IMG/VR virus record: IMGVR_UViG_3300030333_000934
Location: 1-53,004 of that record
Length of the DNA stretch: 53,004 bases
Direction: 5' to 3' (one strand)
DNA from: a virus
Taxonomy: Duplodnaviria; Caudoviricetes
The position numbers and the translations under genes are program-made. The notes under the pieces were generated by a model. The model was not told the origin of the DNA. It ran no database searches and saw only the letters and a program-made list of their open reading frames with translations. Below are positions 1-9,453 of the stretch, piece by piece (positions within the stretch are counted from its first letter, which is position 1; the number at the start of each line of letters is the position of its first letter).

Positions 1-136
1 AGGTCGTATGATTGTCCTAACAGTAAATGATAACCCTAACTCTCCTACTATTACCATTCAATGTGAAAATCGCTTAGCAGATCTCTCTCGCCCTTCTAAT
101 TTACGATATACAAAAGAATCGCAAGAGTATTTAGCA
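1..136. repeat. Terminal direct repeat (circular assembly overlap), copy 1
   Basis: Identical to 52869-53004 except one base (A79 vs C52947, synonymous GCA/GCC). Confidence 0.97.
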
Positions 137-727
137 AGTGGAGATATATTTTTTGACAATATAAATACTATTCAAGATAGAGAGATTACTTGGGGAAGAA
201 CAACAAATTCAGGTTGTTTTGTAGCAGGATCTAAAGTTCTAATGGGAGATGATACACATAGAAATATAGAAGATATACAAATCGGAAGTGCTGTAATGGC
301 TTTTAATGAAAAAACAGGGAAAAAAGAACAAGCATTAGTACAACAAATAGCAAAGCCTAAATTAGAAAAAACAATAATGATTCAATGGAAAAAACCATTT
401 TTTCAAAAAGGCACAGTTCAATGTTCTACAGACCACCCAATTATGTGTGAAGATAAAGGTTGGTGTTCTTGGGATCCAGAAGCTACTCTTAAATCATATA
501 AGTTAGCAGTAAAAAAACTAGAAGTCGGAGATGTATTAGTAACTAGCGAAGGAACAATTAAAGTATCTGCTATTAGAGAACAAGATCATAAAGAGCCTTT
601 ACAGGCATATAACTTAATCAGTATAGATACTGCTCATACTTACTATGTAAATAGTGTTCTAGTTCACAACAAAGGTAGTGGTGGAACATCAGATGAGGAG
701 AGTGGAAGATATAGGGATATGCGCTAA
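1..727 (+). CDS. 3' part of tail tip/hub (minor tail) protein carrying a C-terminal Hint (intein-like) domain; gene starts at 52504
   Basis: In frame with the ATG at 52504 across the terminal repeat. IQCENRLADLSRP..RYT..Q...GD.FF...WG is typical of siphovirus tail-tip proteins. Lies between the Dit-like and NlpC/P60-like genes. Confidence 0.75.
   Translation, partial: GRMIVLTVNDNPNSPTITIQCENRLADLSRPSNLRYTKESQEYLASGDIFFDNINTIQDREITWGRTTNSGCFVAGSKVLMGDDTHRNIEDIQIGSAVMAFNEKTGKKEQALVQQIAKPKLEKTIMIQWKKPFFQKGTVQCSTDHPIMCEDKGWCSWDPEATLKSYKLAVKKLEVGDVLVTSEGTIKVSAIREQDHKEPLQAYNLISIDTAHTYYVNSVLVHNKGSGGTSDEESGRYRDMR
215..670 (+). other. Hint / intein-like domain (152 aa, no homing endonuclease)
   Basis: Block A CFVAGSKVLMGD, block B CSTDHP (TxxH), block F/G YNL...HTYYVNSVLVHN. 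The next residue is Lys. Confidence 0.88.
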
Positions 728-1179
728 TGGCTACTAAAAAGAAAAAAATCAAGAAATATGCAGACTGGGAAATGCTTTGGAACATTTGGATCGTTGCAAA
801 TAAAGATAAAAAATTTAAGTGGGGATCTTGGGACTGCGTTATTTTTAGCAACTCTCTTATAAAAGCTATAACAGGAACATCTGTTCTACCTACAGAATGG
901 AAATGGAAGTCAGAAGAAGAAGCCATAAAAAGCATAGCCAAATATGGTAAAAAAAAAGGTATTGCCGAAGGTATTGCCCAAGCTGTTAAGAAACTAGATG
1001 GGATCTATGAGGTAGATCCTGCATTTGTATCTAAGGCAGATTTTATAGTGTATGAAGATGCCGAAGGAACTGAACTGGTTGGAGTGCATGATGGTATGTC
1101 TATTCTTGCCCCTAGTAGTGTAGATGGATTAGTTACTAGACAAGGCTACAAGATCCTTCGTGTTTGGAGAGTTGATTAG
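727..1179 (+). CDS. Tail assembly protein, NlpC/P60-like
   Basis: FKWGSWDCVIF..IKAITG motif and C-terminal WRV; sits just before the central fibre gene. Confidence 0.65.
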   Translation: MATKKKKIKKYADWEMLWNIWIVANKDKKFKWGSWDCVIFSNSLIKAITGTSVLPTEWKWKSEEEAIKSIAKYGKKKGIAEGIAQAVKKLDGIYEVDPAFVSKADFIVYEDAEGTELVGVHDGMSILAPSSVDGLVTRQGYKILRVWRVD

Positions 1180-3947
1180 TGGCAGATGCTGTTGAAAATG
1201 CTTTTAAGTCTGCGTTAGTTATATTCGTAGCCTTAGTTATTCCTGGTGCATTAGAGTGGATTACTTGGAAAGCTGTCGGAACAGCTGTTGTAGCGACTTT
1301 TGTTACTTCACTAATAGGATCTATGACCTCAAAAGGTGTAGATACTTCTAAAGGTAATTTTGGCACTAAATTTAGCACTAGATCTTCAACAGCACCAAGA
1401 CAAATTGTATATGGCCAAGCTCGTGTCGGTGGGACTATATCGCATATAAATACTTCTGGGACTGATAATTCAATTCTTAATATGGTAGTTGTTATAGCAG
1501 GACACGAAATAGAAGAATTAGTAGCAATTAGAGTTCACGAAACAGTATTAGCTTTTGATGGTGGGCAGACTATTGGTGGAGAAACAGTTTATACAGCAAC
1601 TACTAATAAATATGTAAACACAGAAAATACAAATGCGTTTACTAATGCAGGTGGTACAGCAAATGGATTATTTAGATATGCTTTTAGTGATGGGACACAG
1701 ACTGCTGCAAATGGGTTTGGAGTAGCACAGATACCTGCATTTGGGGCAAATCATAAAGGAATTGGTTGTGCCTATGTTTGTATGCAGATGGTTTATGATG
1801 CTGAAGCCTATGGTGGTGGTTTCCCTAATATTTCCTTTGATGTGAAAGGTAAGAAATTATATGACCCAAGAAAAGATTCAACCGCAGGTGGAAGTGGATC
1901 GCATAGATTAGGAACATTATCAACTTATGAATGGTCCGATAACTCTGCACTTATAGCTTTAGATTATTTAACAAATACAGTCTATGGATTAAAGGCTCTG
2001 GCAGAAGAAGTAAACATGACTACTAACGCAGGTGGATTTATGGCTGCAGCTAATACTTGCGATCAAACAGTAACATTAGCAGATAATTCAACTACAGAAA
2101 AAAGATATACGACTAATGGATTTATAGATATGGGTGCTAGTGGGGAAGGTGTCTTTGAGAGTGTGCTTAGTTCATGTATAGGCAAACTTACATATACGAG
2201 TGGAAAATTTAATTTATTTGTTGGTGCTGCACAAACTCCTTCTATGACTATTACTGATGATAATTTATTAAGTCCACCAAACATTAAAACTTCTGCACCA
2301 GATGGCCAAATGTTTAATTCAGTTAAGTCAATATTTGTAGATAAAGACAATAAATACACAGGATCAGATGCACCAGTATTAGAGGTTTCTAGTTTTTTAT
2401 CAGCAGATACACCTTCTGGGGAAAGTAGTGCAAACTTTAGAAAAATGCTTGAAGTGCAGTTGCCTTTTACAGTTACTAATACTATGGCTCAAAGGATCCA
2501 AAAAGCTGCACTCTATTTATCTAGAAATGTTCAAACAATGTCGTGCCTAGTGGATATTGAATATCTAAAATTACAACCGAATGACTGGGTATATGTTACT
2601 AATGAAAGATTAGGATATACAGATAAAACTTTTTCTGTAGAAAGCACATCATTAGAGCCATATTCTGGTGGTGGAGAAGGCGAAATTAGTTCTTTAGTTT
2701 GTAGATTAAACCTAATAGAAATAGATGCTGCAACTTGGAACTATGTATATAACGAATACAGCACACCTATAGCTGATGATTCAACAGGTGGAGATGAAGG
2801 AGATAACTCTATATCTGCACCAACAGGACTTGCACTAGCACAACAATATAATCTAGAGGGGGTAACTCCTAAGATAGATATAAAAGCTACTTGGACTAAT
2901 ATTGCTAATGACGATATTAATGGAACAGAAATATCATATAAACTTTCTACAGATGGATCTTATACAGGATCTATAACTGTCGGAAAAGGTGTTACAAGTG
3001 CTTTAATCCCAAATGTAGTTATAGGTAAGACTTACAATGTAAAAGTTCGTCACAGTAGCGCAGGAGGTGTTTACAGCGATTATACAAGTGCTGTTAATCT
3101 ATCAATTACAGATCCTACATCTATAAGCGCACCATCTAGCTTTGCAACTACAAATCTTCCTATGGCAGTTAAGTTAGCATGGACTAACCCTAATAATACA
3201 AATTTAAGAGCAATTAAGATCTATAGACATACAGCATCTTGGACACCTAGTGATGATACATATCTTGTAGAAACAGTTGCAGGAGAGCCAAATGCACCAA
3301 TGGTTAATTATCAAGGTAGATTTGATGGACTAACAGCAGGTGTAACCTATTATTTTGCAGTAAGAGCAATAACACACGAAGGATTACATTCGGCTTTTTC
3401 ATCAGTTGAAAGTGGAAGTTTTACTTTTGGCAAAGATGATATTGGATTGAATAATGTAACTAATCATACGCAAATAAAAGATGATGGAAGTAATGCACCA
3501 AACATTCTAAAAAATGACCAGATTTCTATAGGATCAGATGGTGCATTAGCAAATGCAGGGGGTGGTCAAGTTACTGCTGCAGGAATAAGTGCTATACAAA
3601 CAAGTTTAGGAAACGCACCTAACACAATTAAAAATGATCAAATAACAATTAATTTATCAGGTACAAGTATAGGTTTAAATAACGCAGGATCTGGCACAGA
3701 TACATTAAGCAAAACTAATGTCGGACTTTCAGATCTAGATTCGTTAGAAAGTGGAACAGGCACTAAATTAAGTGGTATAGCAACAGGTGCTACTAATAAT
3801 GGAACTACACTTGATACTTCTGGAAATATACAAAGTGCTATAAGTCTAAATGCGACAATGACATTAGGAACTGGGGCAGATGATAAGATCGTTATAGGTA
3901 ATGTAACTATAGATGGTCAAAATGGAAGGATCTTAATTACAGACTAA
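1179..3947 (+). CDS. Central tail fibre / host specificity protein (lambda J-like) with Fn3-type domains
   Basis: PRQIVYGQARVGG, VKGKKLYDPR, WSDNSAL..LDYL motifs; Fn3-like SAPTGL..W and YYFAVRA segments; GTG start coupled to the upstream stop. Confidence 0.85.
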   Translation: MADAVENAFKSALVIFVALVIPGALEWITWKAVGTAVVATFVTSLIGSMTSKGVDTSKGNFGTKFSTRSSTAPRQIVYGQARVGGTISHINTSGTDNSILNMVVVIAGHEIEELVAIRVHETVLAFDGGQTIGGETVYTATTNKYVNTENTNAFTNAGGTANGLFRYAFSDGTQTAANGFGVAQIPAFGANHKGIGCAYVCMQMVYDAEAYGGGFPNISFDVKGKKLYDPRKDSTAGGSGSHRLGTLSTYEWSDNSALIALDYLTNTVYGLKALAEEVNMTTNAGGFMAAANTCDQTVTLADNSTTEKRYTTNGFIDMGASGEGVFESVLSSCIGKLTYTSGKFNLFVGAAQTPSMTITDDNLLSPPNIKTSAPDGQMFNSVKSIFVDKDNKYTGSDAPVLEVSSFLSADTPSGESSANFRKMLEVQLPFTVTNTMAQRIQKAALYLSRNVQTMSCLVDIEYLKLQPNDWVYVTNERLGYTDKTFSVESTSLEPYSGGGEGEISSLVCRLNLIEIDAATWNYVYNEYSTPIADDSTGGDEGDNSISAPTGLALAQQYNLEGVTPKIDIKATWTNIANDDINGTEISYKLSTDGSYTGSITVGKGVTSALIPNVVIGKTYNVKVRHSSAGGVYSDYTSAVNLSITDPTSISAPSSFATTNLPMAVKLAWTNPNNTNLRAIKIYRHTASWTPSDDTYLVETVAGEPNAPMVNYQGRFDGLTAGVTYYFAVRAITHEGLHSAFSSVESGSFTFGKDDIGLNNVTNHTQIKDDGSNAPNILKNDQISIGSDGALANAGGGQVTAAGISAIQTSLGNAPNTIKNDQITINLSGTSIGLNNAGSGTDTLSKTNVGLSDLDSLESGTGTKLSGIATGATNNGTTLDTSGNIQSAISLNATMTLGTGADDKIVIGNVTIDGQNGRILITD

Positions 3948-4486
3948 TGGCGAATAGAGTAAGATTTGGGAATTTAGGAAGTAGTCAGTTTGGTTTAAAA
4001 GTATCTAAACCTAATAAGAATGTTTTAACCTGTGCTGATAAAGATCTATTATTTGACAGTACAAGAAATAGAACTGGATTAATTTATGCAGGTGGTGGCC
4101 CAATTAACTTTTCATCTTCTTCAACACCATCGGAAACACAAGGACAAAACTTTTTAATTACAAGCAAGAAAGACGCACTAGGATATATTCCCTTAATCGT
4201 AGCTGTAGAAAAAAACAGAGGGGAACTAGATGTATATAGTGGAGATGAACAATTCTTTGTTAGTGATATAAGTTTATTTGAAACAACAACTGTAGATTTT
4301 TGCCCAATAGAAGCCGATGTATCTAAAAGCCAACAAAATACATCAGTACAATCACAATCAACTCCAGATAGAGGTCGTTCATATAGTGGTGTTGCTACTT
4401 CTAGAGAAGATTGTCTAAACTGTAGTTTTTTTGTATTAAGAATACCTTGTGGCTATGGGTATATGAATTCAACTTATTTTGCATAA
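3947..4486 (+). CDS. Putative tail-associated structural protein (paralogous N-terminus 1 of 3)
   Basis: TAATG-coupled; N-terminus MANRV..G......GL.VSKP..NV.......FDS. Confidence 0.55.
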   Translation: MANRVRFGNLGSSQFGLKVSKPNKNVLTCADKDLLFDSTRNRTGLIYAGGGPINFSSSSTPSETQGQNFLITSKKDALGYIPLIVAVEKNRGELDVYSGDEQFFVSDISLFETTTVDFCPIEADVSKSQQNTSVQSQSTPDRGRSYSGVATSREDCLNCSFFVLRIPCGYGYMNSTYFA

Positions 4487-4944
4487 TGGCTAATAGACTA
4501 TTAATAGGAAAATCAACAAGGGGAACTGGTGGTGCAGATGCTTATGGTATGTATATATCTAGACCAACTAAAAATGTAGTGAACTGTCCAGATGATGAAC
4601 TTATCTTTGATACAGATAATGGTGTTGGTGCTTCTAGAATACATGGATTATTTATGTTTGGTGCAGTATCAGTTGATGGATCTGGTAATACCACTACTAA
4701 TGCTTCTGTTAATGTTAATGCTTCTTCTACTGCTACTGTAGCTATAGATCAAGGATATAACTATGCACATGGATTTATTGGTTTCGGATCCTTCTCTCAG
4801 GGATCTACAGATGATGGTAACTCATCTTTTATTGATTTTACGACAAGTGGATCTAATTTAGTCGTAACTAATAATACAACTTCTAATTTATCTGGTTTAC
4901 AAGTTTTTGTTTTACCGCAATTTTCATCAAACGCATTATTCTAA
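4486..4944 (+). CDS. Putative tail-associated structural protein (paralogous N-terminus 2 of 3)
   Basis: Start moved to the TAATG-coupled ATG at 4486 (MANRLLIG...YGMYISRP..NV). Confidence 0.55.
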   Translation: MANRLLIGKSTRGTGGADAYGMYISRPTKNVVNCPDDELIFDTDNGVGASRIHGLFMFGAVSVDGSGNTTTNASVNVNASSTATVAIDQGYNYAHGFIGFGSFSQGSTDDGNSSFIDFTTSGSNLVVTNNTTSNLSGLQVFVLPQFSSNALF

Positions 4945-5933
4945 TGGGCAATAGAGTTTTAATAGGTCAAAGAAGTAGTAACTATGGTGTATTTATATCA
5001 AAGTCTGGAGATAATGTTCTAACTACTACAAATCCTCTATCATTTGACTCTAGAGCTGCAGAAAGTTTGCAAGTTCATAGCTATGGTCAAGGAATATTAG
5101 TGCCAGATGTTACAAATTCAAGTGGAACAGCACTTACATTTACTTATGAGGGGACAACATATTCAAATCACGAAGTAGATATAACGCATAATCTTGGATA
5201 TATACCTGCATTTGCAGTTAGGTGGTGCACTAAAGAAGAAATGGCTATCCATGTGCCACAAGCATTTCCAACTTCTTCTACTTCCTCTGCAAGTCCATTA
5301 GCTACTACAGGCAAAGACTTTGGTGTGAATCAAAAAGTAGTGGTAAGTTTTGGTGCATATCTAGATACAGGTGCGACACTTAACACAAATACAGCTGTTT
5401 CTACGAGTTCAACTTTAGCTAAACAGACAGGTAAATATGTTCATATAACTAAAGGCACTGTTGATTCAAATGTAACTCTATCTGTAACTATAAATGACAA
5501 TATGGATAATGGCTCAGACAGTGGAAGGTACACAATAACTGCTACACTATCTAGTGGAACAAGTGGTGCATACGAAGTCCTTTGTGAAATTAGGGATAAT
5601 GCAGGTGCTACATACTTTCATAAAGTTTCTGGGACTGTATATTCTACAGATAGAACAGGTGTAGAAGTAGCCACTAAAGTCTGGTCGCCACATTATGTTA
5701 ATGAATTTGAATCTCAGTATAACGAAGATGAAGATAGCGAAATGGAATCGGAAGGATCAGGTGGACTATCAGTAACACAATCTAATACAACTAATATAAG
5801 GCTAGAAAATCATGTAATGAAATCAGAAGATGGGGAAAACTCTACACATAATTCAATGGGTGATAAAGTCGTTTACTTTTACTCTTATGTTATATTTACA
5901 GCTGAGAACTTTTTAAATGGAGAAAGTATGTAA
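4944..5933 (+). CDS. Putative tail-associated structural protein (paralogous N-terminus 3 of 3)
   Basis: MGNRVLIG...YGVFISKSG.NV....FDS; ITHNLGYIP motif; Ser/Thr-rich. Confidence 0.55.
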   Translation: MGNRVLIGQRSSNYGVFISKSGDNVLTTTNPLSFDSRAAESLQVHSYGQGILVPDVTNSSGTALTFTYEGTTYSNHEVDITHNLGYIPAFAVRWCTKEEMAIHVPQAFPTSSTSSASPLATTGKDFGVNQKVVVSFGAYLDTGATLNTNTAVSTSSTLAKQTGKYVHITKGTVDSNVTLSVTINDNMDNGSDSGRYTITATLSSGTSGAYEVLCEIRDNAGATYFHKVSGTVYSTDRTGVEVATKVWSPHYVNEFESQYNEDEDSEMESEGSGGLSVTQSNTTNIRLENHVMKSEDGENSTHNSMGDKVVYFYSYVIFTAENFLNGESM

Positions 5934-6361
5934 TGGCAACTACATGGAACATATTTTATAACTCAGACAAAGAGATTGTTTGGTCCACTACAGGAAATGT
6001 AGATACCAACATTATTAATAATGAAAAATCTAAAGGTAATACTCATATTGCTCTAGATTTAGACAAAGATCCCAATTCTGATATGCACATGGTAAATTCT
6101 GGTGCTGATGGTTTAGATGAAAAAACAATATTTAATCCAACTTTTAGTAGTCTTTCTCCTGCATTAGATGAAGTAGTTAATGTTACAGGCTTGCCTAGTG
6201 GAACAGAAGTTTTTATTGATGAAACAAGTAAAGGAACAATGTCAAATACAACACTTACTTTGACTATAAAAGAAGCAGGAACATATAAAGTTAAATTTAG
6301 CAAAGCAGGGTATAGGCCACATTCCCCTGTAAGCATAATAGTTAAGAGGTATGGCGAATGA
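5933..6361 (+). CDS. Hypothetical tail-region protein, beta-rich C-terminus
   Basis: Coupled ORF; PEGA/Ig-like segment PSGTEVFID...GTYKVKFSKAGY. Confidence 0.5.
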   Translation: MATTWNIFYNSDKEIVWSTTGNVDTNIINNEKSKGNTHIALDLDKDPNSDMHMVNSGADGLDEKTIFNPTFSSLSPALDEVVNVTGLPSGTEVFIDETSKGTMSNTTLTLTIKEAGTYKVKFSKAGYRPHSPVSIIVKRYGE

Positions 6362-6537
6362 ATATAGATCTAACAAAGTCGCAGTCTAAAGATGAGAATA
6401 GAAAAGCCTATTACACTGGTCTGCGTGAACAACTAGACAAGTTATATCACGATATTGATAGTGGTAAATTTGGAAATGATGCTAAGACTGGTGGATTTTT
6501 TCTAGCCAGAAAAGCAGTCAAAGATAAATACCCATAG
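6358..6537 (+). CDS. Small 59-aa protein, tail fibre chaperone-like (absent from ORF track)
   Basis: ATGA-coupled; MNIDLTKSQSKDENRKAYYTGLREQLDKLYHDIDSGKFGNDAKTGGFFLARKAVKDKYP. The EQLD.LYHD...VK.KYP pattern recurs next to phage fibre genes. Confidence 0.7.
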   Translation: MNIDLTKSQSKDENRKAYYTGLREQLDKLYHDIDSGKFGNDAKTGGFFLARKAVKDKYP

Positions 6538-6551
6538 GGTAAGGAGAAAAT

Positions 6552-6941
6552 ATGGACGATAGAGGAAGTAGCAGATTCGGTGGCGATATGGACCGAAACG
6601 AAGTAGAAATGGACCTTAATAAATTTATGGATATGGTCAGAGAGATCTCAGACCTTAAAGATAAAATTAGGGATCTTGAAGATGATAAAAATGTTAATCC
6701 ACACCAAAAATGGATTCATTTAGCACAGGCAGTTGATAGTTGGAGAATTTTCCCAAGATTATTTCTAACTGTATATATCATATTGCTATATACAACTGTG
6801 AACTGGTTTATGGGACTTGAAGCACCTAACTTTGAACAATCTGGACTTATATCAGTAGTTGTTGGTGCAGGTGCAGCTTGGTTTGGCTTATATGCAGGAA
6901 CAAGTGGTGCTAGTAAAAGTTTTAAAGGCGAAGATAAGTAA
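6552..6941 (+). CDS. Membrane protein, holin candidate (two TM segments)
   Basis: Strong SD AAGGAG; N-terminal coiled coil; DSWRIFPR then two hydrophobic helices. Confidence 0.55.
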   Translation: MDDRGSSRFGGDMDRNEVEMDLNKFMDMVREISDLKDKIRDLEDDKNVNPHQKWIHLAQAVDSWRIFPRLFLTVYIILLYTTVNWFMGLEAPNFEQSGLISVVVGAGAAWFGLYAGTSGASKSFKGEDK

Positions 6942-7219
6942 TGGAAATTCTTAACCTTATAGGCGAGGTTGGATTTCCTATTGCTATCTCATTGATCTGT
7001 GGTTTATTTATCTATTTAACTATTAAATATATTTTAGATAGTGTTGTGGGCCAAGTTAATGGAATACATGGGATAGTGCAAAGCCTTGACAATAGAGTTA
7101 AGACTATGAATCACGATATTGTGCGTTTAGATGCTACAATGTGTTCTGTTCTAGGAATAAGGCCAGATCTAGATAGACTAGCTAGAGCAGATGGGAAAGA
7201 AGATGCCAGAAGGGATTAA
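6941..7219 (+). CDS. Small membrane-anchored coiled-coil protein (YvrJ/holin-like)
   Basis: IGEVGFPIA followed by a TM helix and coiled coil. Confidence 0.5.
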   Translation: MEILNLIGEVGFPIAISLICGLFIYLTIKYILDSVVGQVNGIHGIVQSLDNRVKTMNHDIVRLDATMCSVLGIRPDLDRLARADGKEDARRD

Positions 7220-7497
7220 TGGAATCAATAGTAGATGGTATTAATCAATATGGATTTCCGATTATGGCTAGTGTCGGAATGTTATATCTTATCTGGTTTA
7301 TATGGAAATATATAACAGAACAGATAAAAGCCAAGTTATCACAGGCTAACACGACCTTGATCGCTTTGATAGATCGCATTAGAATGTTAGATAACGATAT
7401 TATTAGACTTCAACAGAAATTAGATACTGTCATAGAAGTCAGGAGCAAAGATGAGAAGGAGAAATATAAAAGTGGAGATACAGCAAGGAAGAAATAG
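7219..7497 (+). CDS. Small membrane-anchored coiled-coil protein, paralogue of the preceding gene
   Basis: INQYGFPIM plus TM helix; LIDRIRMLDNDIIRL aligns with LDNRVKTMNHDIVRL. Confidence 0.5.
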   Translation: MESIVDGINQYGFPIMASVGMLYLIWFIWKYITEQIKAKLSQANTTLIALIDRIRMLDNDIIRLQQKLDTVIEVRSKDEKEKYKSGDTARKK

Positions 7498-7960
7498 AAT
7501 ACTAACATCATTAGTGTCTATCCTTGCTATAGCTATTATTTCTGTGGGATCTCTAAACTTACACTCTGATGAAATAGTGCATAAGTTTAAAAATCCTTCT
7601 TTTAGTGGGGTTAATACAAGTTCGCATTATCTTACGATAGAAAATCAAGAATTTAATCGTAAGGAAGCATTAAAAGCAGAACTTAAAGCCTATAAAGAAG
7701 AATTAAAAAGAGAAGCAGAGAACACTACACTTGCACGATTTATCCGAAACTTAGAGAGTAGAATTTATGCTCAGTTGAGCAGACAGCTTGTAGATAATCT
7801 ATTTGGGGAAACCCCCTCTACGAGTGGAATACTAGAATTAATGGGTAATATTATTGAGTATTCAGTTAGTGAAGATGGAACAATGATAACTTTAAAAATA
7901 ACAGACCCAGATGGAAATACCACAGAGATTACTGTGCCGATCGGCTCTTTCACTTTTTAG
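7451..7960 (+). CDS. csgF: Curli assembly protein CsgF-like
   Basis: Signal peptide then DEIVHKFKNPSFSG (CsgF F.F.NP.F.G motif), FIRNLESRI..QL, C-terminal TEITVP; directly upstream of the CsgG-like gene. Confidence 0.82.
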   Translation: MRRRNIKVEIQQGRNRILTSLVSILAIAIISVGSLNLHSDEIVHKFKNPSFSGVNTSSHYLTIENQEFNRKEALKAELKAYKEELKREAENTTLARFIRNLESRIYAQLSRQLVDNLFGETPSTSGILELMGNIIEYSVSEDGTMITLKITDPDGNTTEITVPIGSFTF

Positions 7961-8750
7961 TGTAGTTTTTATAACAAGTTGTAGTTTATTAGACATATCA
8001 GACGATACATTTAACGCAAGATTTCCTAGTAAGGAATTAGATGGACCTCAAACTCTACCTATAAGTGATGCTATTAGGCAAGTTCCACCACCTATAATTA
8101 GGCCAGTCGTTGCTGTCTATCCTAGTGCTTTTACAGATCAGACAGGACAAAGAAAAAGTAATAGTGAATTTGCTTTATTCTCAACAGCAGTAACTCAATC
8201 GCCAGATGCATTATTAATCAGAACACTAAAAGGTGTATCAGATGGTAAATTCTTTGTTGTAGTAGAAAGAGTTGGCCTAGATAATCTAACCAAAGAACGA
8301 CAACTTATAAGATCTACAAGAGAACAATTATCTGATATAGATGGCGAAAAAGCTAAACTAATGCCCTTATTGTTTGCAGGGATCTTGATACAAGGGGCAG
8401 TTGTTTCTTACGACACAAATCTCGTTAGTGGAGGTGCAGGAGCACGATATTTAGGCATAGGATCTAGTGAACAATACCGAACTGATGTAGTTACTGTATC
8501 TTTAAGAATGATTAGCACTAATACAGGGGAAATATTAGTAGAATCAACAAAGACTAAAACAATATTTTCACATGGAAGATCTCAAGATGTTTTTAAGTTT
8601 ATAGAAGCAGGTACAGAGCTTGTTGAGATAGAAATAGGCAGAGCAGAAAATGAGTCAACTACAATCGCTTTGCAGAGAGCCATAGAAAGTGCTATCCTAG
8701 AAATTATTACTGTCGGCAATGACAGAGGATATTGGAAATATGAAGAATAA
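7911..8750 (+). CDS. csgG: Curli secretion channel CsgG/HfaB-family outer-membrane lipoprotein
   Basis: Lipobox (FITSC); FTDQTGQRK..FSTAVTQ, F.VVERVGLDNL.KERQLIR, YDTN..SGGAGARYLGIG, D.VTVSLR...TGEIL motifs. Confidence 0.92.
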   Translation: MEIPQRLLCRSALSLFSVVFITSCSLLDISDDTFNARFPSKELDGPQTLPISDAIRQVPPPIIRPVVAVYPSAFTDQTGQRKSNSEFALFSTAVTQSPDALLIRTLKGVSDGKFFVVVERVGLDNLTKERQLIRSTREQLSDIDGEKAKLMPLLFAGILIQGAVVSYDTNLVSGGAGARYLGIGSSEQYRTDVVTVSLRMISTNTGEILVESTKTKTIFSHGRSQDVFKFIEAGTELVEIEIGRAENESTTIALQRAIESAILEIITVGNDRGYWKYEE

Positions 8751-9453
8751 AACTTTAATTATTCCATTGTTCTTAATCAGTTTTCTAGCAGTCGCTTCGG
8801 ACAATGAAATATATGTGGACCAGTCTGGTGCTACATCTAATATAGATATAGAACAGCTTGGCTCTGGCAACTTAATTGGTGGTTTAAACTCATCTGCAGG
8901 ATCTATGACATTCTTAGATCTAGATGGTCAATCTATGACTTTAGACATTAATATGATTGGAAGCACTAACAAATTCTTAGGAGATATTTTAGGAGATAGC
9001 CTTACAGGTTTCTTTGAATTTACAGGAGATAGTAACGATTTTACAATCCAAATAGATCCTACGAATACTTATGGTGCTGATGATTCAAATCTAAATGTTC
9101 AAGTAACAGGATCTAATAATACATTTACATTAGATCAAGCAACAAGTGCTTTAGCTTCAACTTTAGATTTAGATTGGACGATTAATGGATCTGATAATAC
9201 ATTTGACTTTGACATTAACTACGACTTAGGTACAAACTTCATGGATATTGATGGAGATGATAATACAGTAGATTTTTCTGGAAGTGGCTATCAAGGTGGA
9301 TATTTTTATCTAGATCATACTGGAGGAAATAGAACATTTGATATTACACAATCAAGTACATTAGATAATGACTGGCTTAAAATCATCAGTTCTGGTAATA
9401 ATGGGACTGTCTGTGTTATTCAGAATGATGGTGGGACTTCCACTTCATGCTGA
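8740..9453 (+). CDS. Secreted curlin-like repeat (beta-solenoid) protein
   Basis: Signal peptide from ATG 8740; repeated ~23-aa units with x-Q/I-x-G-x-x-N (DQSG..SN, EQLGSGN, MIGSTN, VTGSNN, INGSDN, IDGDDN); acidic; two C-terminal Cys. Confidence 0.72.
   Translation: MKNKTLIIPLFLISFLAVASDNEIYVDQSGATSNIDIEQLGSGNLIGGLNSSAGSMTFLDLDGQSMTLDINMIGSTNKFLGDILGDSLTGFFEFTGDSNDFTIQIDPTNTYGADDSNLNVQVTGSNNTFTLDQATSALASTLDLDWTINGSDNTFDFDINYDLGTNFMDIDGDDNTVDFSGSGYQGGYFYLDHTGGNRTFDITQSSTLDNDWLKIISSGNNGTVCVIQNDGGTSTSC

Noticed and set aside
215-670. Canonical mobile intein
   Set aside because: No endonuclease and the +1 residue is Lys; kept as an intein-like Hint domain.
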